A stretch of DNA of 64,000 nucleotides from Pelagomonas calceolata (lineage: Eukaryota): contig CAKKNE010000002.1 in assembly GCA_918797485.1 (NCBI GenBank), forward strand, positions 2,356,001-2,420,000. Reading direction: 5' to 3'. The notes beneath the pieces are model-generated. The model was not told where the DNA came from and did no database searches. It saw nothing but the letters and a program-made list of their open reading frames with translations. Numbering within the stretch: position 1 is the first letter of the stretch; the number at the start of each line of letters is the position of its first letter. This document shows positions 49,549-59,100 of the stretch, piece after piece. Both the position numbers and the translations under genes were made by a program.

Positions 49549-50322
49549 CTACCTCTTCTTGTACACACACGCGCGAAACGCGAAGGCGGGATCCGTCTTC
49601 GAGGGCCTCCTACTGCTCTTCTGGAAGTCGAACGCGACGAACATGCGGTTCGACGCGTCGTAGGGCTTCACCAAATCGAAGCCCGCGCTCCGGCAGCCGG
49701 CCACGAATTCATCGATCGAGGCGTCCTCGAAGCGGCTCCGCACCTCGACGACCTTCAGGAGACCGCCCGGCTTCAGCACCCGAAACGCCTCTCCGACGAA
49801 CCGCCAGAGCGACGGGCCCATGAGCGCGAGGCAGAACACGACGACGTCGCACTCCCCATTTTTCAGCGGCGTCCGCTCGATATTGCACGCTATAACTCCG
49901 GGCGCCGTCGCGACGAGATCGAAGCTCCGCACGTCGTGCCGCTTTCCTAATTCCGCCGCGAGCCGCGCGTCGCCGCAGCCCATGTCGGCCACGACCGCTC
50001 TTGAAGGCAGCGCCTGCAGCTGCGCGATCACATCGTCCAAGGGGTTCCGCGGCCAGCCCCGCGCCTGCTCCCGGAACCCGCGGTGGTAGGCCTCGGCGAG
50101 TTCCGGCTCGGCCTGGAACCTTCTAAAATTCTCGCCGCCGCTGTTTGTATATAGTGCTTCGTTCAGGGACCGAAAGCGCCCACCCGCGAGCCTCGCGCGC
50201 AGCTTGTCGGCGAGCGAACCGCTCGATTTTTTGGCTTGCGGTTTCGCCGGCGCATCGCTTTTCGCTGCGCTTGGCTTGTCGGCGGCCTTTTTGCTGCGCT
50301 TTTTGCGTTTATTTTTGCCCAT
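49549..50322 (-). CDS. RRP8: rRNA-processing methyltransferase RRP8/nucleomethylin
   Basis: RLAGGRFRSLNEALYT, YHRGFREQ..WPRNP, VADMGCGDA, SFDLV, VFCLALMG, EVRSRF, CVYKKR. Confidence 0.93.
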   Translation of the reverse strand: MGKNKRKKRSKKAADKPSAAKSDAPAKPQAKKSSGSLADKLRARLAGGRFRSLNEALYTNSGGENFRRFQAEPELAEAYHRGFREQARGWPRNPLDDVIAQLQALPSRAVVADMGCGDARLAAELGKRHDVRSFDLVATAPGVIACNIERTPLKNGECDVVVFCLALMGPSLWRFVGEAFRVLKPGGLLKVVEVRSRFEDASIDEFVAGCRSAGFDLVKPYDASNRMFVAFDFQKSSRRPSKTDPAFAFRACVYKKR

Positions 50323-50466
50323 CGTGGCTGCAGCTATGAGATAGGAGGCTGCAGCTGGCGGCGGCGAAACTGTGTATCGCGGTGGGTGTAGCGATGATAA
50401 TTACTGTGTACAACAATTGCCTCCCACTGCTGCACAGCTTCAATTGCGCAGCGGCCAGCAAGCAAG

Positions 50467-50488
50467 CTAGCGGCATGTAAGACACTAG
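50467..50488 (+). promoter_or_regulatory. TGTAAGACACTAG motif, copy 7
   Basis: CTAGCGGCATGTAAGACACTAG in the divergent RRP8/TAF1B gap. Confidence 0.55.
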
Positions 50489-50698
50489 AAAACAAAGCCG
50501 GGAGCAGCAACTGCTAGGCCAAACGACTCAAAAAAGGCCCAACTGGTCTCTATAGAGATGATTGATCAGCCGCATCGATCGTCCAGATGACGCTGTGACC
50601 AAGAAAGCGCGCGCGTGAGCGGTAGGGGCTCCGCATAGACACCTACTGCCACCCAGAGCGAAAACTCGCGGGCCCGCCGAAACGAGAGGTAAACGGTA

Positions 50699-52270
50699 AT
50701 GGACCTCGACGCCGAGACGCGCGCCGCGGGCCTCCGCTGCAAAAACTGCGGTTCCACAAACTTCGAGACGCCCGAGGCGGGCCGCGGCGCCGTCTGCCGC
50801 GAGTGCGGCGTCGAGTCCCAGGACTACCTCAACACGGCCTTCGAGGACTGGGGCGAGGAGTCGCAGCTCTACCAGGGCGGCAACAAGAGCAAGGTGCTGC
50901 GGCGGACCACGTACGTGGCCGCGGACCGGAAGCGCCGCAAGGGCCGCAAGAAGAAGGAGTCCGCGGCCCTCTCCTTCGCGGCGCGGCTCGCGGCCACGGA
51001 GAAGGTCGTGGCGGCCGTCGCGTCGGCCCTCGTCCGCGACTGCGGCGTCGCCGCCGCGGCCGAGCGCGCCGTCGCGGCGGCGTGGGCCGCCTACGCGGCG
51101 CGCGCGCGGCGCGGCGCGGCCGCGGCCGAGGTCGAGAACGACGACGCGCCGGCGCCGGCGCCCGCCGCCGAGGCACCACCCGCGCCCGCCGAGGAGGGCA
51201 ACGCCAAGAAGAAGGAGGGCGGCGCGGCGCGCCTCCGGCGCAAGCGCCAGCGGGAGCCGCGGCCGCCGCGGCCGCCGCAGGCGCCGGTCGACCTCGACGC
51301 CGACGCGTACGCGAGCGTCGGCATGGAGGCCGTGCTGCCCCTCGTGTACGACGCGTGTCGACGGGCTCAAATACCCGTCTCGGCCTGCGACCTGAGCCGC
51401 TGGTCCTGGCACGGCGTGCTGCCGTACCTGTCGGCGTGGCGGGCCGGCCTGGATGAGGCGTCGCGCGAGGCACTCGGGCGGCGGGCGGCGCACAACTTCT
51501 CGCCGCGCCGCGCGCCGGGCCCGGGCGAGATCGTCTACGTCGCGGAGCTGCGCTTTTGTCCGTACCACGGCGCGGCGTGGCGCCCGATGGGCCCGGCGGA
51601 GGCCTGCGCGCTGCACGCAGACGCGGTCGTCGACGGCGGCCCGTTCCGGCGCTTCGTCGCCGCGCGGGCGGAGCGGTTGCTGCGCCTCGCCGCGCACGCG
51701 GCGCCCGAGCTGCGGGTCACCGAGCCGCGCGCGCTCGCGGCGGTGTGCCTCGCTCTTCTCCGGTACGCCGACGGCTTCGTCGTCGGCCCCGGCGCGGACG
51801 GCACGTTCCCGGTGCTGCCCTGGAGTCAGGCGGACGCGGCGACGCACCCGCGCCGCGCCGACGACGCCGCCGCGTACGCGGCCTTCGTCAGCGCGCGGGA
51901 GCGCCGCTCGCGAGGGGACCGCACGGCCGACGCCGCCGGCGAGGCCGCGCTCGAGGCATATGCCGATGCCTTGGACCGACGCGCGGCCCAGCTCGACGCG
52001 GGCCCGCCGCCCGCGCGGCCGCGGCGCGACCGGCCGCTCGCGCCGTCCGTCGTCGTCACGCGCGGGGGGGTGGGGGCGGACGCCGGAGCACTGGTTGAGC
52101 TCGGCGCAGAGCGGCTCCAGTGCCCGCCGGGCGTCTTTCGGGCCGTCATGGACGACGTCCGCGACGCCGTCGACGCGGCGATCTTCGCCGACGACCGGAG
52201 CGACTCGGAGCACGCGGCGCGGCTCGACGCCGACGCGAGGGAGGTCGTCCTGGACTCGTCTTTCTACTAA
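50699..52270 (+). CDS. TAF1B/RRN7-like Pol I initiation factor
   Basis: Zn ribbon CKNC...CRECGVESQ; YDACRRAQIPVSACDLSRWSWHGVLPYL. Confidence 0.65.
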   Translation: MDLDAETRAAGLRCKNCGSTNFETPEAGRGAVCRECGVESQDYLNTAFEDWGEESQLYQGGNKSKVLRRTTYVAADRKRRKGRKKKESAALSFAARLAATEKVVAAVASALVRDCGVAAAAERAVAAAWAAYAARARRGAAAAEVENDDAPAPAPAAEAPPAPAEEGNAKKKEGGAARLRRKRQREPRPPRPPQAPVDLDADAYASVGMEAVLPLVYDACRRAQIPVSACDLSRWSWHGVLPYLSAWRAGLDEASREALGRRAAHNFSPRRAPGPGEIVYVAELRFCPYHGAAWRPMGPAEACALHADAVVDGGPFRRFVAARAERLLRLAAHAAPELRVTEPRALAAVCLALLRYADGFVVGPGADGTFPVLPWSQADAATHPRRADDAAAYAAFVSARERRSRGDRTADAAGEAALEAYADALDRRAAQLDAGPPPARPRRDRPLAPSVVVTRGGVGADAGALVELGAERLQCPPGVFRAVMDDVRDAVDAAIFADDRSDSEHAARLDADAREVVLDSSFY

Positions 52271-52271
52271 G

Positions 52272-53322
52272 TTATGTTACTGTGCTCGGCAGGAGCTCCT
52301 CCCCGTCATCGCCAGAAGCGGACGCGCCGCGGAGGCGTGGCGGCTCCTTCGCGTAGAAGAGCGCCAGGCCGGCGACGACTATGGCGACGCCCGCTGCTTT
52401 GGCGGGCGTCGCGCAGCCGGCACCCGATTCTGTATCGCACGAGAGCACGCTCGACGCGACGAAGACAAACACGACCTGCACGCCCTTGAGCATGGCTGCG
52501 GAGACGGCGCCGCGCTCGCCGAGCGTTGCGAAGAACGACAGAGCGTGGAGGCCGTCGATCAAGATTAGTGGCGCGTAGGCAAGCGCGACGGTGTTCAGGC
52601 GTTCTGCGTCGTACGTGACTTGTAGCGAAACAAAAACCGCGAGAACTATCGTTTCCGCGGCGCCCATGCAGCTGCTGAGGCGGAAGGGCGTTAGACCCGC
52701 CGCCTTCGCGCTTTTATTTTCCAGTGCGTGTTCGGCCATCACAAACATCCCGCTGTGACCCACCGATCCAAGGAACGCCAGAAGCGATCCCCACAATCGC
52801 GCGTCGGCGGCGGCCCGGCCTTCTCCTTTGCATGCTAACTCATACAAGGCGAGACCGAGCGTCGCGAGCGCCTGTGTGGAAATCAACCAGCGCGTGAAGG
52901 CCGTGAAATTTTTATTTCTACACAGCGAGCACGATCGCGACCCACTGCTCCCGCCGGATCTGGGCGCCGGCCGCCGCACCAATGGCAGACACGAGAGGGG
53001 CGCACGACGCGTAGACCAGCGTGAACGCAGCGGCGCCCGCGTAGAGGAGCCCGACGCAGAGCAGTGCCGCGGATCCAAAATCCAGCGCCGCCGCCGCCGC
53101 GAGTGGACGCCACGACGCGCGAATGGTCTGCGCGATTGGCGCGGGCGACCCGACGCATGCCTCGCGCGCGGGCGCGACCAGTGTCATCCCGAGCAAGTTC
53201 GCCATCATCGGTCCGAGGAGTCGTGCCGGCGCCAGGCCCTGCTGTTTGAGCTGGTCCACCAGCAGTGGTTGCAGCGCACCTGTTACGGCGTACGCTGCGA
53301 CCCATGCGTGGGATGTTCGCAT
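52272..53322 (-). CDS. DMT/SLC35-like multi-pass transporter; join(53322..52933,52871..52272)
   Basis: About ten TM segments; GLLYAGAAAFTLVYAS, GAVSAAMLKGVQVVFVFVAS; two ORFs joined by an introner intron (WVAI|ALATLG). Confidence 0.8.
52872..52925. mobile_element. Short introner element (GT-AG intron 52872-52932 on minus, 61 nt)
   Basis: CTGTGTGGAAATCAA / TTTATTTCTACACAG; TSD GCGAGCGC vs (G)CGAGCAC. Confidence 0.88.
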
Positions 53323-53536
53323 GGTGCAGCTGGCAGCTTTGTGCAGAGGCCCGTTACGTCGCCACGAATGTCGTCACTCAGCCCGTTTTTTTGTCCTTTT
53401 AAGACGCCAGCGCCTCGAAAGCAGCGCTAGCCACGCCGCGGCGGAGCAACCGACCAGCCCTCTCTGGCGCATGCACTTTGCTCTCAGGCGCCAATCGGCC
53501 TTAGCGCATGGGCATTGATCGAATAGACGTACTCCA

Positions 53537-54346
53537 ATGAGGCTTATAACACCCGCAGCGCTGCTGCTCGCAGCTGCGGCCGCATTTCAGGGCGCGCCGC
53601 CACAACAGTTGGCGCCATTGGCGGTGCCACCAGCTGTGGGCAGTCAGGCATGCGAGACGAACGCGCGGAGGCGCACCCGACGGCGTGGCGTGCTCGACGA
53701 TCTCGCGGCGACGGCGCAGGACCTGCTGAGCAAGGTTTCGCCCGCTCCCGCGGCCTACAACGCGTCGCGCGTCAAGCCGGGCAATATCGTGCGATGCGGC
53801 GCCAAGGCACAGAACCAGTCGCGCGTCAAAGGCTGGACGACGAACAAGCCCTCGGTGCCCGGCTTTGTTATTTCGTCGACAGGGTGCGGGAACGACTTCA
53901 ACAACTACCGGACGGCGAAGTTACGCGGCGACAACGAGCGAGCCGTCTCCATTCTCACGACGGACGTCCTCGGGGCCCTGAACGGCGAGGGCTGGCCCGT
54001 GCGAGTCGGCGATTTGGGCGAGAACCTCTTCGTGGACGGCATGCGCTACGACGTGTTTGCCATCGGCCGTCGCGACGCGGCGTTGGTGGACCTTTCAACT
54101 TGCGGATGTCGCGGCCACGACGCCTTCACGCCATCCGACACAGGCCGGTTTCTGTTCGGAAAGACGGCAATTCTAGAAATTACGGAACCGATCGCCCCGT
54201 GCGCCTACCTCTGCACGCTGCCCTACCTTACGCCGAAGTGGCGGTGCGCGGACTTCATCCGGACGCTCGACCGACGGAGAGGCTGGTACGCCAAGGTCGT
54301 CGCGACGGGGCCCGTGGCCGTCGGCGACGCGGTCGTCGCGCTGTAA
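53537..54346 (+). CDS. MOSC-domain (YiiM-like) protein, plastid-type presequence; join(53537..54065,54144..54346)
   Basis: AAAAA-FQ; ERAVSI, GDLGENLFVDG, ILEITEPIAPC, RRGWYAKVVATGPVAVGD. Confidence 0.85.
   Translation: MRLITPAALLLAAAAAFQGAPPQQLAPLAVPPAVGSQACETNARRRTRRRGVLDDLAATAQDLLSKVSPAPAAYNASRVKPGNIVRCGAKAQNQSRVKGWTTNKPSVPGFVISSTGCGNDFNNYRTAKLRGDNERAVSILTTDVLGALNGEGWPVRVGDLGENLFVDGMRYDVFAIGRRDAALVDLSTCGCRGHDAFTPSDTGRFLFGKTAILEITEPIAPCAYLCTLPYLTPKWRCADFIRTLDRRRGWYAKVVATGPVAVGDAVVAL
54066..54143 (+). mobile_element. Decayed introner-derived in-frame GC-AG intron (78 nt)
   Basis: G|GCCG... ...CACGCCATCCGACACAG|GCCG; removal gives FAIGRFLFG, the compact MOSC segment. Confidence 0.6.
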
Positions 54347-54485
54347 GAGTGTTCCGAGTAGTCCACCTACTACCTATCTAGACGCCATCGACATCTCCAT
54401 ACTTATCTCCATCGACGCCGCGGCGGCACGTGCGGCGGCCCGGGCAGAAAAGTCCTAGTATTCAATTTAAAATCGCACGCGCGTC

Positions 54486-55739
54486 TCAGCACGTGCACAC
54501 TGACGCGTCCGGCGTGCCCTGAGCACACGTCGGCACCTCGGAGCGCCCGGACGCGGGCGCCTTGAGAGACACGGCGTCGAGTGCGATGCTCTCGTACCAG
54601 TCCGTCAAATCCCCCAGAATCCGCAACCCAGAAAGTCCGGAAAGCACCTCGATCATGTCGCACTGCGAGGGCTGGGGCCACGCAAACAGACTATTTTTCG
54701 GGTCCTTGCCTGTGTGGAAATCAAATATTACGGCGCGTTCGTCCCGAATCGCCGCGTTGACCGATGGCGTGGCGATGCTAGTTCCTCACCGCTCGACCGA
54801 GCCAGGACGGCCGCGTCATCGCCGAGAAATGACTTAGTGAAGAATTGTCAGGCGCACCCGACGCACTGGTTGATTTCCACACAGGTCCTTGCGCCAGCCC
54901 GCCGTCTCGTCCAAGGGGATAGAAAAGGTCGTCGTCGATCCATCAAATCTTTTGGCCGCACTCACGGGAAAGGCCAGCAGCACGCCGGCGTTGACGTCGC
55001 ACGTGGCGCACTCCAATTCAATGAAGTTGTGCGCCTTCGAGGGCACTGACAAGTCCCCCGCCAGCGCCCCTATCGTGAATTCGAGCGTGCCCTTGTAGGC
55101 CGCGTTCTGGTCGCCGGCCCACGACGGCGGCGCCTCGAACATCCACCGCGACGCGTTCGTCTCGAGGCCACTCGACGCGTCCCGCGCGATGAGTTCGTCC
55201 GTGGCCACGACGAACCGGTTCAGGCCCTTGCCGAAGGACGACGCGTCGTGCGTCGCCGGGCCTGAGCCCGCGCCGTTCCTTACAATAGACCACTGCTCGT
55301 GCGAGGCGTCGAAGGGCGACGCGACGACGCGCCGCGAGGGGCCCACGAGCGTCACCGTCGCCGCTTTTGAGGTCGAGGTCCCGTCGTTGATGGTGTAGGC
55401 GAAGGAGGCCCACTTGCCACTGCTGGGTTCGACGTCGTACTCGGGCCGCACGTAGTGCACCCGATTCCGCGACCCGGTCACGGGCGCGTTGACCGACGCG
55501 GCCTTGCCCTTCTTCGGATCATAACCGTGCGTACTATATACTTTGCTCAGTTGGTGCAGCGCGCCGGACGACGGTAGCGACGTGATCGTCGCGCTCAGCG
55601 GGTCGCCGTCCGTGTCGTAGCCCCGCAGATCGACGACGGCCTCCTCGCCGGGGTTCACGACGACCGTGACGTGCTTGGCGATGGGCGGCGCCGCCGAGAC
55701 CAGGCTCGTCGCGGCTACTATGCAGCTGATGGTGCGCAT
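54486..55739 (-). CDS. Secreted protein with cadherin/Ig-like and laminin IV (laminin B)-like domains; join(55739..54893,54709..54486)
   Basis: Signal peptide; LRGYDTDGDPL..ITSLPSSGAL...FAYTINDG; WMFEAPPSWAGDQNAAYKGTLEF; EVLSGLSGLRILGD...IALDAVSL. Confidence 0.7.
54710..54884. mobile_element. Young, longest introner element (GC-AG intron 54710-54892 on minus, 183 nt)
   Basis: Perfect 15-bp TIR; perfect TSD GTCCTTGC at 54702-54709 and 54885-54892. Confidence 0.95.
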
Positions 55740-56109
55740 CGTGGCGAGTTGCCCCGGGCTTCGGGGTGGAGCTCGTCTGGGAGGTCGTGGGAGTTGATAG
55801 ATGTTCCTGGAGCTGCCCAGATGGGCGTCGCGGCAGCGCTCCCAGCGGTCGAGCTATGGGACAGCGGACCGATTTTACTAGTAGCTTTCAAACCCGGCCG
55901 AAACGCTGGACGACCACGGGAGCGACGTCCCACCCCTACAGAGCGGTAGCATCGCCTCCCGAGCCCTACCGCGCGGGTACCCACTAGGACTTGGCAGCCG
56001 CAGCCTGCGCACCGGTTGACAATGGCAGAGCCGCCGCACGGCATCAGTGAAAGCAAAAACGTGAGCATCATGCTGCCATAGCACCCGCACCGGCTGCCCA
56101 TCCCAAAAA

Positions 56110-59100
56110 ATGCATCGCTTGGCGTCGTTGCGATCCAAAATAACCAAAAAGGAGGAACCCCAACAAAATACAAAAGAGGCCGTCCCGAAGCAGTGGCGGG
56201 CCCTCGCCGAATGCTTGACGAGCTTCGCGCGCGCGGCGAAACGCGACGAATCCACGAATTTGAGGTATGTCTACGACAAGTTGGGCGCGTTCGCGAGCCG
56301 CGACGTCGTCGATAGGACCATAGACGCCGCAGCTGTATCAAACGACGCGGACCACCTGCAACCGTCCGCGCGGCGCGTCCTCCACGGCGGCGAGGCGGCG
56401 GCTCGAGGCACGCCCAAAATTATGAATCTCGTGGACGACGCGGGCCTCGCCGAGGCGAGAGCCGCGGCCCAGCTCTTCGCCGAGAGCGTCAGAAGCACGG
56501 TGCCGTGTCCGGAAGGCTATAACCTCACGACGACGCGCGCGATCCGCTGCGGCGCGCCGCACTGCTTCGCGCGGGAGGGCGCGCACGACTGGTTTTCGCC
56601 CCAGATAGCCTCATCAACCGGAAGCGGCCCGCGCTTCCACCGCGACGGTCTGAATGTGGAAACGGAACGGGGCGAGTTCGGCGGGCGCGCGGGACAGGAG
56701 CTCGCTCTCTTATCGCCGCGCGGCGGGCCGCTCGGGGCCTGCGAAGCAATAGCAAGGTGCGCGGCCGGCGGCGGCGCATTGCATCGACGGGGCGCCCCGC
56801 TGCGCGTCGTCGGCGTCCAGGTCTCGGTGCTCGTCGCGGGGCCCGACCTCGAGCGGGCCATGGAGCTTTTTGGCACCGTGGTCCTCCGCGAGGCGCTCCA
56901 AGCGTCCGAAAGCGAGCGCTGCATCGTGCTCGCGCTGGAGACCGCGGGCGTCGCGACGGGCGGCCCGACGGCGCGCGACGCGCTCGACGTCCTCGAGGCC
57001 ACGACCACACCAGCCGCGGCCGCGGCCGTCGCCGTGACCGCCGCCGCGGAGGCGGCGACGCCCGCGCGGCGCTGGCGGGTAGCGCGTCTGAAAAAGAGGC
57101 GCGACGCCGCCGCCTTCACGACGGCGCTCAAGGGCAGCACCATAAAGAAGAATGCGGCCCGGTTGGCGCTCCTGCTGAGGTGCCCGGGCGGGCTCGTCCG
57201 CGTCGAGGCCACGTATGCGCTGCACTTCGCGGAGCCGCAGCGCCCGGTCCGGGCCTTCTCGGCGGAGCCGGCGGCGTCGATCCTGGACGGCGTCTTCCCC
57301 ACGGACGTTGATGCGGACGCCTACGCCAGCCGCGCGGCCGCGCCGGCGGAAGATGTGAGAGACGCCGTGCTGCGGTGCCAGCGCCTCAGCGCGGCCGGGC
57401 TCCGGTGCGGCGACAAGGCCCTGGCCGCGGCGGCCGTGACGCCCGCGCGCCCGCAGCTCGCCCCGGGCGCCGCCGCGCTGGCCGCCGTCGCGGCCGACGC
57501 GCGCGAGCTCCGCCGGGGCGCGCGGGCCGTCGCCGACGCGCTGCGGGTCATCGCGGACGCGCTGCGGCCGAAGGCGGCGAACCGCACGGCGCACGCCTTC
57601 TGCGGGCCCGCCGCGGCGTGCGCGCTCGCGTCCGATGCGATGGACGACGACTGGGGCCTCTGGCAGCCGGCCTCGGACGACGTCTCCGGCGACCCGTGGC
57701 TGTTCGGGGGCGTCGGCGCCGGTCCCTCCGACGCCCAGAAGGCGCGATCTAAAAGCGGCCTCGCGTCGCCGGCCAAGAGCAAGCGGCCGGGCACGGGCGC
57801 GAGCGCGGCGTCGAAGCGCGACGACGACGCCGAGGAGACGCTGTCGCGCGCGGCGTGTCGAGCTTGGTTGCACGTCGCCGAGCACGATTTCATGAAGTGG
57901 CGCGACCGGGCCGTCGACTACGCGCGACGAGCAGGGGCGGCGCAGGACGCCGAAGACGTCGACACGGTTTTCCTCGCCTCGGTCCTGCGGCAGGACCTCG
58001 CTGCGGTGTCCGAGGGCGGAGACGACGCGCTCCGGGCAGGCGCGGCGGCGCGGTGGGACCGCCTCGCGGCGGCTGTGGCGCTCGAACGGCCGGACGTCGT
58101 CCTGAAAAGTGGTTCATCATACGAAACGGAGGACGGCGACGCGCCGGGGCTGCTTCTAGGCGACGGCGAGGACGCGCTCGGGCGCGTCGGCCTGCTCGGA
58201 CCCGGTCGGCGGCGCGGCGCGCTGGCCGCGGCGGCCGCCGACGCGCACCGCGACGCCGTCGCCGACGTGCATCTGCGGCGGGACGGCGGCGGCCTGCGGC
58301 TGCCGGACCTGGCCCGGCTGTTCGCGGGAGACGACAACGCGGAGGTGCTGCACGCGGAGGCGGACGTCGACGTCGTCGACGGCCCGGACGGCTTCGTGGA
58401 AGTGGCGGCCACCAGTGATAGAGTAGTAGCGGTCCACGGCGTCGGCTGCCTCGGGATGGACGCCCGGGCCGTCGCGGCCCTCATTGACGCCTCGCTGCAA
58501 CAGCCAAAGACCACGGACGACGAGGCCTGGTTCGCCGACGCGACGCAGTCCGCCAAGCCTCCGCCAAAGCCCAAGCCCCTCCGGCTCGAGCGGCCGGGCA
58601 ACGCCCCGCTCGACGACTGGGCGCCCGCGCGCCACGTCCTCTCGGCGGCGCTGCACGCCGCCGCGACGCGGCTCGAGCGCATCGGCGGCCTCTTCGGCGT
58701 CGCCGAGCGGGGCCTCGACGCGCGGGCCTGGGCGGCGGTCGCGGCGCGCGCGGCCGACGACGTCAGGAACGCGCGCCTCGAGCGCCGGCGGCGCCAGGCC
58801 GCGGCGGCGCGCGCGGAGCGGCGGCGGGCGCGCGGCTTCGAGGGCGACGCCGCCGTGGCGCCGGAGCCCGTCGAAGAGGTCAGGGACCCCGCGAGCGTCG
58901 TCGACGCGCTGACGGCGGTCGCGAAGCGCGCGCGCGGCGCCGCCAAGAAACTGCGCGAGGCGGAGCTCGCGCCGTTACGTCCCGAACCTTCGCCGTCCGC
59001 GGCACCTACAAAAATCGAGGGTGGCGACGCGGCGGCCGTCGTCGTCAAGACGGGCGCCGCGGCCTGCCTAGCGCGCGCCGCGTACGAGACTGTCAATGAT

